A stretch of 20,000 bases of DNA from an uncultured virus (IMG/VR IMGVR_UViG_2731957961_000002) (Duplodnaviria; Heunggongvirae; Uroviricota; Caudoviricetes), in IMG/VR virus record IMGVR_UViG_2731957961_000002. One strand, written 5' to 3'. Shown here in pieces: positions 7,385 to 16,344 of the stretch. Position numbers and translations under genes: made by a program. Each line of letters begins with the position of its first letter. Position 1 is the first letter of the stretch. The notes beneath the pieces are model-generated. The model saw only the letters and a program-made list of their open reading frames with translations. It ran no database searches and was not told where the DNA came from.

Positions 7385-7416
7385 CAAAAATTTTTGGGAA
7401 CAAAAGTTTTTGGGAA
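7385..7416. repeat. 16-bp tandem direct repeat
   Basis: CAAAAATTTTTGGGAA followed by CAAAAGTTTTTGGGAA (15/16 identical). Confidence 0.75.
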
Positions 7417-7712
7417 TCCAATTTGGTGCGCGATGCGCTGTTATTACGCAGTCAAGTGCCCCAAGTGGCAATAGACGAATGGTGTATCGGGATTTTGTGG
7501 CATCGGCCATCTTTGTTGCCGAATGCTCGGTGGATCGACTGAGGCACTATCGTGGCAAACTGCCGAATTGCGACGGTTCAACCAAGAGAAGCGCGGCGCG
7601 ATGCAATGCGCTCAGAGAATTCCAGCGCTGCAATTTTTGTCTGATTGTTTGTGCGTCTTTTTCCCGATACAGGCGCTAGCAGAATGGAATCGATGATGCG
7701 TAAGTTCCCGAC

Positions 7713-8675
7713 GTGCCTGTTACCGTAAAACGCGCCACAGTTTCTGATTTCGAAGTGCTACGTGATGCGGTGCAGGATTCGCCCGTGAACATCATGCAGC
7801 TTGATCGTGGCAAGATGGGCGGAAGCTTGCTGCACCTGGCGTTTGACTCGGAGGTCGGGGTCTCGACTGGTGAGTTCACGCGTGGCATTCGCACCACCGG
7901 CAGCTTGAGCGATCATCGATGGGGAATCGGCACGGTGCTCACCGCGCCGGCATTGATGAATCAGGTCGAGATCTCGCCGGGCGAAATCATGATCATCCGG
8001 CCCAACACAGAACTCTATACGCGCTTTTCCGGTGCCAATGGTTATGCGACGGTCTTCATCACGCCGGAGGAGCTGCGTGCGTATCCCGGCGCAGAAGAGG
8101 CGGTGGTGTTGCGACAGTCCAGCGCCGTGCTGCCCGCCGATCCTGTGATCGCTGCCCACAGAGTCCAGACGTTCCAGTGGTTGTTGGCGCAAATCAGCGC
8201 GGAAAGCCAGACGATGTCTGCCGGCGCTGCAGACTTTTTCAGGAGCGCCCTTCTGGATCTGATGATCCGGCCGGTGTTCGAGCGTGTCGACTATCGAAAG
8301 CCGAGAATGCAGCAATCAACAGCGATGCTGGTGCGAGCAGTTGAACAATACCTCAATGATGTTAGCGACCGGCCCGTTCACAACTCCGAGCTGGCCAACA
8401 GGTTCGGCATGGATCTGCGAAGCCTGCAGCGCGCCTTCAAGGACGAGATGGGCATGGGCCTGATCGCGTATCAGCGGCAGAAGCGGTTACATGACGTGCA
8501 TACGAGGCTACGGTTTGGCGACGGTCTGGCGCTCAGCGAAATGGACACCGACCTGCTCATCAAGGACATCGCAAAGGAGCACGGCTTTATCCATTACCCC
8601 AGGTTCACGCACCAGTATCAGCAGCTGTTCAGCGAGAAGCCGTCTCACACCATGCGGCGTGGTCGACGGTCCTAA
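7713..8675 (+). CDS. AraC-family transcriptional regulator (EutR-like architecture), 320 aa
   Basis: C-terminal ELANRFGMDLRSLQRAFK...IKDIAKEHGF.HYPRF...Y..LF.EKPS.T double HTH. Confidence 0.92.
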   Translation: MPVTVKRATVSDFEVLRDAVQDSPVNIMQLDRGKMGGSLLHLAFDSEVGVSTGEFTRGIRTTGSLSDHRWGIGTVLTAPALMNQVEISPGEIMIIRPNTELYTRFSGANGYATVFITPEELRAYPGAEEAVVLRQSSAVLPADPVIAAHRVQTFQWLLAQISAESQTMSAGAADFFRSALLDLMIRPVFERVDYRKPRMQQSTAMLVRAVEQYLNDVSDRPVHNSELANRFGMDLRSLQRAFKDEMGMGLIAYQRQKRLHDVHTRLRFGDGLALSEMDTDLLIKDIAKEHGFIHYPRFTHQYQQLFSEKPSHTMRRGRRS

Positions 8676-8791
8676 TGCTTGATGGTCGGGGTCGGCAGCA
8701 GACCAACCATGCCACCTTCGAACGCACCGCCGGCCGAATGCAACATTCTGTCTACATTCCTGATAAATCTCGTTTCACGGATAGCCTTTGT

Positions 8792-9568
8792 TCAGAATGG
8801 AAGGATGTCGGGCGGGAACCCCTCATAACTCCAATCGAAGCCAAAAAAATTGCGTGGCAGTAATTCGATCAGGGCACGAGCCCCGTGTTTGGCAATCTCA
8901 AGGTTCAGAATATGGATCACGTCGACGCCGGCTCTCCGTAACAGACGGTCGCGACGAATGTCTCTCGCGTAGCCCGCGGGCTCAGCACCGTCGATTTCAA
9001 CAGCAATCAATTGCTCTCCGTTCCAAAAGCCGTAATCGACACGAAAATTATTGTCTGGTTGGTAGGACTTCGTTTCTGCCAAAGGATCTTGAACATACAG
9101 TTGCAGTTCGGGGATGGGCAGTAGCGCGCGCCAAATGTCATTCTTTTTGGGCCGCGGGTGAAGCCAATCAAAGGGGATTTCGAGGTCCCTGGTGACATGG
9201 AAGGATCCGTCCTCATCGCTGGCATACGATGATAACGCTTTCAGCGTTGCAAAATACAAATCCAAGAACTGCTCTTCCGATGTCGTCATGTTCGGGTTCA
9301 GAGATTTGAGAACACTGCACATGTGACCGAGCATTGTCTGGTCATTGTCGTCGTATTTGGCGGTGTTCGGCCATTCTCGGACATGCATATCGAAGTCTCC
9401 AAGGCAAATCGGCCGGCGTTTTGCCTTGTTAATGAAAATAACTGGTACGTCGGTCGAAAAATAAAGACCGTCCGCGGAGACTGCCGACAGTGCAATCCTT
9501 TGCAGATCGCTCTTCACCGCCCGCCCGTAAGGCAGAATCAAATAGTCTGGCACATGCAAGATCGACAT
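8792..9568 (-). CDS. protein with a C-terminal DUF559/Vsr-like PD-(D/E)XK nuclease domain, ~258 aa
   Basis: FRVDY...IAVEIDG...RDIRRDRLLRRAGVDVIHI. Start is 9568 or 9628. Confidence 0.7.
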   Translation of the reverse strand: MSILHVPDYLILPYGRAVKSDLQRIALSAVSADGLYFSTDVPVIFINKAKRRPICLGDFDMHVREWPNTAKYDDNDQTMLGHMCSVLKSLNPNMTTSEEQFLDLYFATLKALSSYASDEDGSFHVTRDLEIPFDWLHPRPKKNDIWRALLPIPELQLYVQDPLAETKSYQPDNNFRVDYGFWNGEQLIAVEIDGAEPAGYARDIRRDRLLRRAGVDVIHILNLEIAKHGARALIELLPRNFFGFDWSYEGFPPDILPF

Positions 9569-9662
9569 TGCTGCTCTTTCATACGAATCGGGAGCCTGCA
9601 CGGTGACACAGTTCAGTGTCCACCGCATCAGAGGTGCAGAACGGGCGCGTTATATGCGGTCG

Positions 9663-9968
9663 CTATTTTGGGAGTGTCATGGCAACTGCACGAACGAGTG
9701 GCACCACATTCATGGCCACGTCCTTCGGATAGCCAGCTTTCATAAGGAGGACGGGGATCATTGAGACGACGTGTAAGCCTTGCCCTTGGTATCTTGCGTT
9801 GCTCATGAAGATCGCATGGATTCTAGTCGGATCGGGCGCTGGCGACGTTGTTAAATACTCGCAGATCTCTGCCGCACACTTTCTATTATGAGGGTCGGAG
9901 TTTCGTCGGCCATTAATGATCAAGTATGCGACAACAACTACTACGACGAGACCAATTGTTATTTCCAT
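9663..9968 (-). CDS. membrane-anchored hypothetical protein, 101 aa
   Basis: N-terminal hydrophobic segment ITIGLVVVVVVAYLII; GAAGGA RBS. Confidence 0.7.
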   Translation of the reverse strand: MEITIGLVVVVVVAYLIINGRRNSDPHNRKCAAEICEYLTTSPAPDPTRIHAIFMSNARYQGQGLHVVSMIPVLLMKAGYPKDVAMNVVPLVRAVAMTLPK

Positions 9969-10166
9969 TTCCTTCCCCCAAAAAATTGCCCCTCACACCA
10001 TTAGCATCTACGGTCAGAATGGCCCACAGACACGCGCGGACCCCGTGGAAGGGGGCTGGATGGAGAGTTTTCTTCGCGCCATCAAATGGTTACATACTCC
10101 AACAAATTGCCGAGCGTCGTTCGGCGCCTTGGCCGCAGTTACTCGACGAAGTTGATCTGGCTCATG

Positions 10167-10727
10167 TCAGGCCGTCGCGGTCGCCCGGTCGGCAAGCCGG
10201 GAAATGGTGGAATGAGCTACATTGTAGGAGCGGGCGATCACGCGGGTCGCTTCGCCCGCCGCCAGTCGCGCCAATGCTTCGCGCTGCTGATGGGCCGACA
10301 GTTTCGAGCTGCGACCGAGATGCCGGCCTTCGGCCTTGGCCCGCGCCCGGCCGTCGCTGGTACGCTGCAAAATCAGCGACCGCTCAAATTCGGCGATGCC
10401 GGCGAGCACCGTCATCATCAGCCGGCCGTGCGGCGTCGTGGTATCGGCCCAGCTGTCGCCCAGCGACTTGAAGCCGGCTTCGGCCTTGCCGATCTGGTCG
10501 ACGATCCGCAGCAGGTCCAGAGTGCTTCTAGCCAGACGGTCCAGTTTGGCCACCACGACGACGTCGCCGGGCCGCAGCTTGGCCAGCAGTCGCTCCAGCT
10601 CACGGCGCTGCTTCACGCCGGAAACCTTCTCGCTGTAAAGCTTGTCGACGCCGAAGGCGTTCAGCGCCTGCTCCTGCGTGGCCAGCGTCTGGCCCGTGGT
10701 GGAAACGCGCGCATATCCATAGATCAT
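10167..10727 (-). CDS. serine recombinase (resolvase/invertase), 186 aa
   Basis: YGYARVST, EKVSG, GDVVVVAKLDRLARS, DTTTPHGRLM, AEFERSLI..RT..GR, C-terminal HTH. Confidence 0.97.
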   Translation of the reverse strand: MIYGYARVSTTGQTLATQEQALNAFGVDKLYSEKVSGVKQRRELERLLAKLRPGDVVVVAKLDRLARSTLDLLRIVDQIGKAEAGFKSLGDSWADTTTPHGRLMMTVLAGIAEFERSLILQRTSDGRARAKAEGRHLGRSSKLSAHQQREALARLAAGEATRVIARSYNVAHSTISRLADRATATA

Positions 10728-10753
10728 TGAAGTCTCTCGGGGTTGTTGGTCGG

Positions 10754-10788
10754 CAGTATGTAATACGTACTGCAGCTCAGTTCGTCAA
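10754..10788 (-). promoter_or_regulatory. resolvase promoter (TTGACG-N17-TATTAC) overlapped by a 19-bp palindrome
   Basis: Minus strand CAGTACGTA-T-TACATACTG at 10754-10772. Confidence 0.55.
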
Positions 10789-11021
10789 CCCCGGATTTGC
10801 TCGCCGTCCTGAAAAATAAACAGGATCTCCGTCGCGGTGTGCACGGTGAAGCGGCTTTCGTCATTGAACGAGCGCATTTGCGCCCATTCCTCAGCGTGGT
10901 TCTTCTTGGCGAATGCCGCCGCAATGCGGTGATCGCGGCGGACGATGAACGGCAGGTTGGCGACGACGTCATCCACCGGAACCAGCTCGGTGGATTCCTT
11001 CGTGATGATGTTGAGGGGCAC
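10785..11021 (-). CDS. hypothetical protein, 78 aa
   Basis: AGGAG RBS overlapping the upstream stop. Confidence 0.7.
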   Translation of the reverse strand: MPLNIITKESTELVPVDDVVANLPFIVRRDHRIAAAFAKKNHAEEWAQMRSFNDESRFTVHTATEILFIFQDGEQIRG

Positions 11022-11022
11022 G

Positions 11023-11307
11023 TTATCTCCTAATCAGCAGCGCGTTGATGATCCTCGCAATTACAAACATCGTGCGCGGGAAGCGCTGGCCCAGCCAGAA
11101 CAGGCCGACGAAGACCGCCACCAGGGTGCTGATGATGATGAACGGCCACTTCAGCCAGTACCAGATCAACGCCGTGACGATCAGGAACGCGCAGGTGTGC
11201 CAGCTTTTCAGGCCCGAGGGCGCGATGACCGCGGTGGCGGCCGGCGCCGCCCTCCGTGGCTTGCTGGCGCGGGGCTTATCGGCCGGCATGGGGACGAGCC
11301 GAGACAT
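11023..11307 (-). CDS. small membrane protein, 94 aa
   Basis: Two hydrophobic helices; starts 2 nt after the higA stop. Confidence 0.7.
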   Translation of the reverse strand: MSRLVPMPADKPRASKPRRAAPAATAVIAPSGLKSWHTCAFLIVTALIWYWLKWPFIIISTLVAVFVGLFWLGQRFPRTMFVIARIINALLIRR

Positions 11308-11309
11308 CG

Positions 11310-11609
11310 TTATGCCGTGGCGATCTTCGGACCGGGCTGGATCTTGGCCTGGATCTCCTTGCCGTTCTCCTCGCGGGCCAATGCCAGCTCGTAGGCATTC
11401 TTCATATTGAGCCAGTGTTCGGGCGTTGTTCGGAAATAGCGCGCCAGACGCAGTGCGGTGTCGGCGGTGATTGACCTGGAGCCATTGATGATCGAGCTGA
11501 TGCGGTTCGGTGGGACGTCCAGTGCGCGCGCCAGAGCGTTGGCGGATAGCCCCAACGGCTTCATATACTCCTTGGCCAGGATCTCGCCGGGGTGGCTATT
11601 GTTCGACAC
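11310..11609 (-). CDS. higA: HigA-family antitoxin (addiction module antidote), 99 aa
   Basis: HPGEIL..EYMKPLGLSANALARALDVPPNRISSIING.RSITADTALRLARYF.TTPE.WLN....YEL; GGAG RBS. Confidence 0.93.
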   Translation of the reverse strand: MSNNSHPGEILAKEYMKPLGLSANALARALDVPPNRISSIINGSRSITADTALRLARYFRTTPEHWLNMKNAYELALAREENGKEIQAKIQPGPKIATA

Positions 11610-11642
11610 GATTGATTCTCCGATTGAAATGCAGTGCCGCTT

Positions 11643-11672
11643 TTAATACTTCATACGTACTACGTAAGTCAA
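11643..11672 (-). promoter_or_regulatory. higA promoter (TTGACT-N18-TATTAA) with a palindromic operator in the spacer
   Basis: TACGTA-G-TACGTA at 11654-11666. Confidence 0.6.
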
Positions 11673-11808
11673 GGTAAACACATAACGAATCCGCCATGCC
11701 ACAATGTCTGGACATGAAAATCATTTCGATGATCGCCCATGAGGCCATCTTGACTAGGAGCATGCCGGCCTTGTTGCTTGGGATCTTGGATTCTTGGAGG
11801 GGCAGCAA

Positions 11809-11946
11809 ATGGAGTCGTTCAAGAAGATACTGATGGCTATCGCGCTGTCAGGGCCGAACGTGGGCTTTGGTTACTTTGTCGAGTGGTCCCACATGCCGGG
11901 CGTGCCGGTATTCGTCTCGGACTGGAAAGTTCAACGTGCGAACTGA
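11809..11946 (+). CDS. small hypothetical protein, 45 aa (MESFKKILMAIALSGPNVGFGYFVEWSHMPGVPVFVSDWKVQRAN)
   Basis: GGAGG RBS; ends convergently 5 nt from the next gene; absent from the ORF track. Confidence 0.4.
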   Translation: MESFKKILMAIALSGPNVGFGYFVEWSHMPGVPVFVSDWKVQRAN

Positions 11947-11951
11947 CGGCC

Positions 11952-12164
11952 CTAATGCTGCTTCGCACTTGGCGATGGGATCGGCCGGTCGCCGAGCTTG
12001 TAGAAGGTTTGGCTTGGCGGTTGCCACGTATCGGGATCTAGGACGTGACTCAAGGCTTGCACCGCACCGAACAGCGCGAAGCGATCTTCATCCTTGAGCC
12101 TGTCATCGGCGATCATGGCTTTGATTTCGCTGAGTTCGGTGATGATGGCGTCGCGGTCGATCAT
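11952..12164 (-). CDS. hypothetical protein, 70 aa
   Basis: Protein-like composition; co-oriented with the upstream gene. Confidence 0.6.
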   Translation of the reverse strand: MIDRDAIITELSEIKAMIADDRLKDEDRFALFGAVQALSHVLDPDTWQPPSQTFYKLGDRPIPSPSAKQH

Positions 12165-12193
12165 TGGCTTACCAATCGCAATGTGAGTACGGC

Positions 12194-12532
12194 TTAGAGC
12201 AAGCGCAACGTTAGCTGCCGATCAGATCCGGCATGGCGGTCGATGAAGTCTTCCAGCACGGCTGGGACCAGCCGATCCTCCAGGCTGAGCCGGCGCAACA
12301 CTTCTTGGGCGACCGAGTGGGAAGCGTCTTCCGAGCGACCGGTCTCGGGGTTGAACATGATGACGCGCACGGGATCTGAGTGTTGGCCGCTCAAGAGGTC
12401 GCTGACGGTCGTCTCGTAATTGGCGTGGTCGAGATCGGTTTCAACGAAGGCCTGCCCGAGAGCGCCAAAGTCATTGATGACGATATAGTAATCTTCTGGG
12501 GCACCTGGAATGATCGACGGCATCTCACGCAT
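12194..12532 (-). CDS. conserved rhizobial hypothetical protein, 112 aa
   Basis: PSIIPG...Y.V..DFGALG..F.ETD......ETT..DLLSGQ..DPVRV..FN....SED.S pattern, recalled as often lying next to ATP-dependent ligase genes; GGGAG RBS. Confidence 0.75.
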   Translation of the reverse strand: MREMPSIIPGAPEDYYIVINDFGALGQAFVETDLDHANYETTVSDLLSGQHSDPVRVIMFNPETGRSEDASHSVAQEVLRRLSLEDRLVPAVLEDFIDRHAGSDRQLTLRLL

Positions 12533-12620
12533 ACGCAACTCCCGCCACGGACCCAGAAGCCTATTCCGGATCCAAACTATTTTGGACTCGCATTTTTTGC
12601 ATGACGGCCTATCTGCAACC

Positions 12621-13083
12621 ATGCGCAGAGATAGCCTTTTTGCCCTGCCGGTCAAGGCCGCCGTGGTTCCGGCAAGCCTCGACTGCATGAAATCAAGCAC
12701 GACGGCTACCGGATGATGGTGATCCGCGAGCACAAGGCCGTGCGCCTGTTTACCAAGAGCGGTCATGACTGGTCGAAGCGCTTCCCGTGGATCGTGGAAT
12801 CCGCGCTGCGAATCCGGCAACAGCAGTTCGTCCTGGACGGGGAGGCGGTGCTGCTAGGGGGCGATGGCAGGTCGCACTTGAGCGCCTGCATTCCCGTCAG
12901 CATGACGACGAAGTCCAATTCTACGCCTTCGACATGCTGGCCGGCGCCGGGGACGATCATCGCAAGCTGCCGTTCTCGCTGCGGAAGCACAACCTGGCCG
13001 CGCTGCTGGCCCGCCGCGCCGACGGCATCCACCTGGCGTCATACGAGCAAGGCGAGATCGGCCTGGATCTGTTCCGCCACGTA
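12621..13083 (+). pseudogene. ATP-dependent DNA ligase (LigD ligase-like adenylation domain), two frameshifts and 3' truncation
   Basis: Motif I HEIKHDGYR, RLFTKSGHDW, VLDGEAV and YAFDML spread over three frames (shifts near 12684 and 12878). Ends after LFRH without the EG.V.K motif. Confidence 0.9.
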
Positions 13084-13191
13084 GCGGTTCTGGTCGACGC
13101 CGGCCATGTCGACCACGGGCGCCTGATAGGTGGATTGGGTCGAGCCGCAGCCGGCGAGCAGCAGCGCGGAAAATAGGAAGAGACGCGGCAT
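13039..13191 (-). pseudogene. truncated lipoprotein (lipobox LAGC)
   Basis: MPRLFLFSALLLAGCGSTQSTYQAPVVDMAGVDQNRY, then runs into the antisense of the ligase fragment. Confidence 0.55.
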
Positions 13192-13225
13192 TGCTATCCT
13201 ATGGTGCGATCACAGCGCTCTTTGA

Positions 13226-13711
13226 TTATTCCAATGGTTTCCTCTTTCCCTGCGAAGGTTTTTGCTTGGCCGCCGCCGCGTCCTTCTCAGCTTCGGTAAT
13301 CAGCGCCTGCAATCGCTCCGGCCCATTAGCAAGCAAGGCTTTGCAGGAATTGGCGTGCTTGTGCAGCAGGATCGAAATGTTGGAGCAAGTCTTTTCGATC
13401 TCTTCCATCATTTCCTCGCGTGCGATGGATATCCGCGCCTCGGCCGCCTTCTGCGAGACGCCCGCGACTTTGCCTGTCTGCAAACCGCGCGTGAGCAGAT
13501 TCCCGGTGTAGGTCTGGTATTGCGCGACGGCCGGGTCATTCGGCTCTTTCTGAATCAGGCAGGCTGTGACGATGGCGGTGTAGGCCGCGCAGATCATGTG
13601 CTCGTGGGCTAGATTGTTGACACCGTCCAGCAGCTTGTCGGCTTGTGCGGAGGTCGCCGCAAGCATCATAGCCGCCACGGCGGCGGCTCCGGATTTGAGA
13701 AACGTGGTCAC
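13226..13711 (-). CDS. secreted hypothetical protein, 161 aa
   Basis: AGGAG RBS before GTG; signal peptide ending AQA; four Cys. Confidence 0.8.
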   Translation of the reverse strand: MTTFLKSGAAAVAAMMLAATSAQADKLLDGVNNLAHEHMICAAYTAIVTACLIQKEPNDPAVAQYQTYTGNLLTRGLQTGKVAGVSQKAAEARISIAREEMMEEIEKTCSNISILLHKHANSCKALLANGPERLQALITEAEKDAAAAKQKPSQGKRKPLE

Positions 13712-13740
13712 TAGTTTGATCTCCTTTTTGATTGAAACTG

Positions 13741-14106
13741 CTATTTGCTTTCCCCCGGCGGATAGCCGCATGCCGCATTGAAATAGCCAATGAGTGCAGG
13801 CAATACGTTTCGTTGGGCTTGCACTTGGGGATGTGCGCGCGCGAAGGCGGCGACGTTCTCGGCAAGCTGGACATTGGTCATTCTGGCGTTGCTAATGCAT
13901 GATTGTCGATGCTGCTGTAGCCGTGTCGAGGCCTCATCGGCGTCGTGCAACCCGGTATATGCGTCATAGGCTCCGGCGATGTAGGTGGCGCGGGCATTGA
14001 CGCTCAACTGTTCAAATTGCGCATAGGTGAAGTAGGCGCCTTGCGCAGACGTCGCCGCAAGCATCATAGCCGCCATGGCGGCGACTCCGGATTTGAATGT
14101 TGACAT
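13741..14106 (-). CDS. secreted Rap1a/Tai-immunity-like protein, 121 aa
   Basis: Signal peptide; YIAGAYD...C....MT..QL...V..F...HP...C pattern; GGGAG RBS. Confidence 0.55.
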   Translation of the reverse strand: MSTFKSGVAAMAAMMLAATSAQGAYFTYAQFEQLSVNARATYIAGAYDAYTGLHDADEASTRLQQHRQSCISNARMTNVQLAENVAAFARAHPQVQAQRNVLPALIGYFNAACGYPPGESK

Positions 14107-14479
14107 TAGGTTTGATCTCCCTTTCGACGAATCCAAACGAGCGACCATTTTGCAGTTTGGGCCGCCCACGTATTTTTGTGATTTTGCTGAGTGGGCTGAG
14201 AGGTTTTAAAGAACAGCGTACCCGCAATAGATACTTCGGGTTCTTTTTATACTGGCCAAAAGGACATTGCGGGTGTGCGAGCGCGCTGGTGGCACCCGGA
14301 AAACTACGGATATATTTCCGCGCGGCTTTTGATGGCGGCGCGGCTGGCGCGAGCGCTGCATTAGTCATGGCCGCGAACGCCATCGGATATTTCATCCAAG
14401 GCGATCATCCGCAGGCGTTTACCACGAGCCCCGCCGACGACCGAACAAGCCATTTTGCTCAATGTTCCTAAACGACTTA

Positions 14480-14505
14480 GGAACCCTAAGTGCGGCACTG
14501 CAATT
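14480..14505 (+). promoter_or_regulatory. EcfG-type promoter GGAAC-N17-AATT
   Basis: 30 nt upstream of ATG 14536; the -10 element is degenerate. Confidence 0.4.
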
Positions 14506-14535
14506 GGTCTTTCTCTACCAGAAGGACGACATCAG

Positions 14536-14835
14536 ATGGTTTCGATTCCCTCGTACGAGCGAGCTTTGACGGGAACCTGGAAGCAGAAGTTGATTCTAGC
14601 GCTGTTCACAATGCTCTTTTTACCGGACAATCTCTTTGCGCAGGGACAGCCCGTCGAAACTGGATCGCATCTGCCGGTCGCCGTGTGGTTCATCGGGGCC
14701 GGCGTACTCGGGCTGGTTATAGCCTACGGCATCATGCGAAACAGGACTAGATCCCGCGCCGAGAAGCAGATTACAGGACAAGCGACGAAGAATCTGTATG
14801 CGAAAGAAAATCGCGACCGGACAGCTTCGGGCTGA
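14536..14835 (+). CDS. small membrane protein, 99 aa
   Basis: GAAGGA RBS; transmembrane segment VWFIGAGVLGLVIAYGIM followed by basic RNRTRSR. Confidence 0.7.
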   Translation: MVSIPSYERALTGTWKQKLILALFTMLFLPDNLFAQGQPVETGSHLPVAVWFIGAGVLGLVIAYGIMRNRTRSRAEKQITGQATKNLYAKENRDRTASG

Positions 14836-14954
14836 TTGACGGTCGGAGGTGTGGACCCAACATTGGATTATGAAGGTGAGGAAACCGCCTGCGGCGGCCT
14901 TCACGTCCCGAAGTTGGGCCCTTGGTGTTGGGCGTGTTCGCGGTCTGCATGGGT

Positions 14955-15476
14955 TTAGCGGCGGTACTCCCTTGTCTCGGTAACGCTGTCGCCGTCACCC
15001 TTCTGCTTGGTCTCGGATATTGTTGTCGCGGAAGGGGCTGGCACGAGATCCGGGTTGGCACGCCCGCAACCTGTTTCCGTGCACATATAGCCGGTATATT
15101 CCATTCCCTTGCCAAGCGGGCTGCTGGCGCTCGGTCTCAGCAAGCCGTACACTTTCACCAGATGGCCGGCGACCGCAACGTTCATTTGATGAACGATGTG
15201 GCCGTCTGGCGCGTAAGCAATCACCAGAGCTTCGCCGGGCTGCATCGCTTCGATGGTAAAGGTGCGATCAGTTACCGGTCTGGCCCTCGCGATCCCCTCA
15301 GCCATGATACGCAGCTCGCTCACGGGCTGATCGAACATGAACGTTCGGGTCTGCCCGACATTGAACCCAATCGTGTCCTTTGCGGTGATCTCCTGCGGCG
15401 GCTGAGCATTTGCCACGCCAGCCAGCAGAGTTACCGCAGCAATCACGCAGGACCGCAAAATTCCTGAAAGCGACAT
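14955..15476 (-). CDS. pilus assembly (CpaC/secretin N-terminal-like, T2SS-T3SS_pil_N) domain protein, 173 aa
   Basis: Signal peptide; VGQTR...FDQPV..L.I...GIA.A...TDRT..I.A..PGEA.VI.Y..DG; Y.C....C motif. Confidence 0.75.
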   Translation of the reverse strand: MSLSGILRSCVIAAVTLLAGVANAQPPQEITAKDTIGFNVGQTRTFMFDQPVSELRIMAEGIARARPVTDRTFTIEAMQPGEALVIAYAPDGHIVHQMNVAVAGHLVKVYGLLRPSASSPLGKGMEYTGYMCTETGCGRANPDLVPAPSATTISETKQKGDGDSVTETREYRR

Positions 15477-15674
15477 GACAACCCCCTAAAAAAATAAACG
15501 CAGGCTACTTTGCTATTTATCCACAAGCGCTGATTTGGCGCAACATCTGTGACCGCCGGGTAGTGGGTCAGTTTGATTGTGGCAGCCGAACCGGGCTGGA
15601 ATGTTGACAATCAACAGCGCATATTCAGGGGGTGCCAAACTCAGAAAGCAGCCCAAAAGGCATTAGCGCCCTAC

Positions 15675-15911
15675 ATGACAGACAAGCACCCCAAACGCCC
15701 TAGGGACCCGAACCAGCTCGCCAAGTCGATCATCGACATAGCGACCGGGCAGAAGCCTGACCGCGATCCCACGCCCGAGGAAGAGGGCAAGGACACGGCT
15801 GCGGTGGCGCTTGGGAAGAAGGGCGGGAAGGCGCGGGCGGATGCTATGACGCCGGAGCGGCGGGCTCAGATTGCTCGGAAGGCGGCGGAGAAGCGCTGGA
15901 AGCGTCCTTAG
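15675..15911 (+). CDS. small basic IS-associated protein (often labelled 'histone H1-like'), 78 aa
   Basis: PKRPRDPNQLAK.I.DIATG...GKD.AAVALG.KGGKARA..MTPERR..IARKAA.KRW. Confidence 0.85.
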   Translation: MTDKHPKRPRDPNQLAKSIIDIATGQKPDRDPTPEEEGKDTAAVALGKKGGKARADAMTPERRAQIARKAAEKRWKRP

Positions 15912-16344
15912 GGCGCTCTATAACGTTGAGTATGCCGCATACTTCTTTCTGATCCCCGTATCGAAGAACAGCAACCAATTTTGTAGGCCCAGGAAACTCG
16001 ACCGGCTCCGCAAGTTCTGTCCGCGCAATAATCGTTGCGAAAGGCACCCCATTCTTTTTGGCGTTCGCGATAGAGCGCTCAATAACGTCGTGCGGTATCG
16101 GTCCGGGACTCTTGTTATCAACAACGACATGGTCGTTCTGAACGTCAAGATCGACCTTAATCGGTTTTGTGAATCTTCCGTCAACAGATAGTCTGATGCG
16201 GTAATAGATTGCCAACCTGCGAAGGGCCCCAGGGAAGCTTGGGACCCGAATGGTATCGGACATTGCTCCGATGATGGTATCCTTGCCGGGACCTTCGCGG
16301 CGGATATCCTCGCAGAAAATCCCAACTGCGCTTATGCCCTTCAT
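15844..16344 (-). CDS. DUF6941-like beta-rich protein, 166 aa
   Basis: IFCEDIRRE..GK.TIIG...D.I.VPSFP motif; TGATG coupling to the upstream HTH gene. Confidence 0.7.
   Translation of the reverse strand: MKGISAVGIFCEDIRREGPGKDTIIGAMSDTIRVPSFPGALRRLAIYYRIRLSVDGRFTKPIKVDLDVQNDHVVVDNKSPGPIPHDVIERSIANAKKNGVPFATIIARTELAEPVEFPGPTKLVAVLRYGDQKEVCGILNVIERPKDASSASPPPSEQSEPAAPAS

Noticed and set aside
11596..11808. 70-aa ORF upstream of higA as a possible higB
   Set aside because: No RelE/HigB motifs, TTG start, and it spans the higA promoter.
12540..12620. LexA (GTTC-N7-GTTC) control of the ligase gene pair
   Set aside because: No matching box found.
14012..14395. 127-aa minus-strand ORF
   Set aside because: Overlaps the secreted gene out of frame, has atypical composition and no motif.
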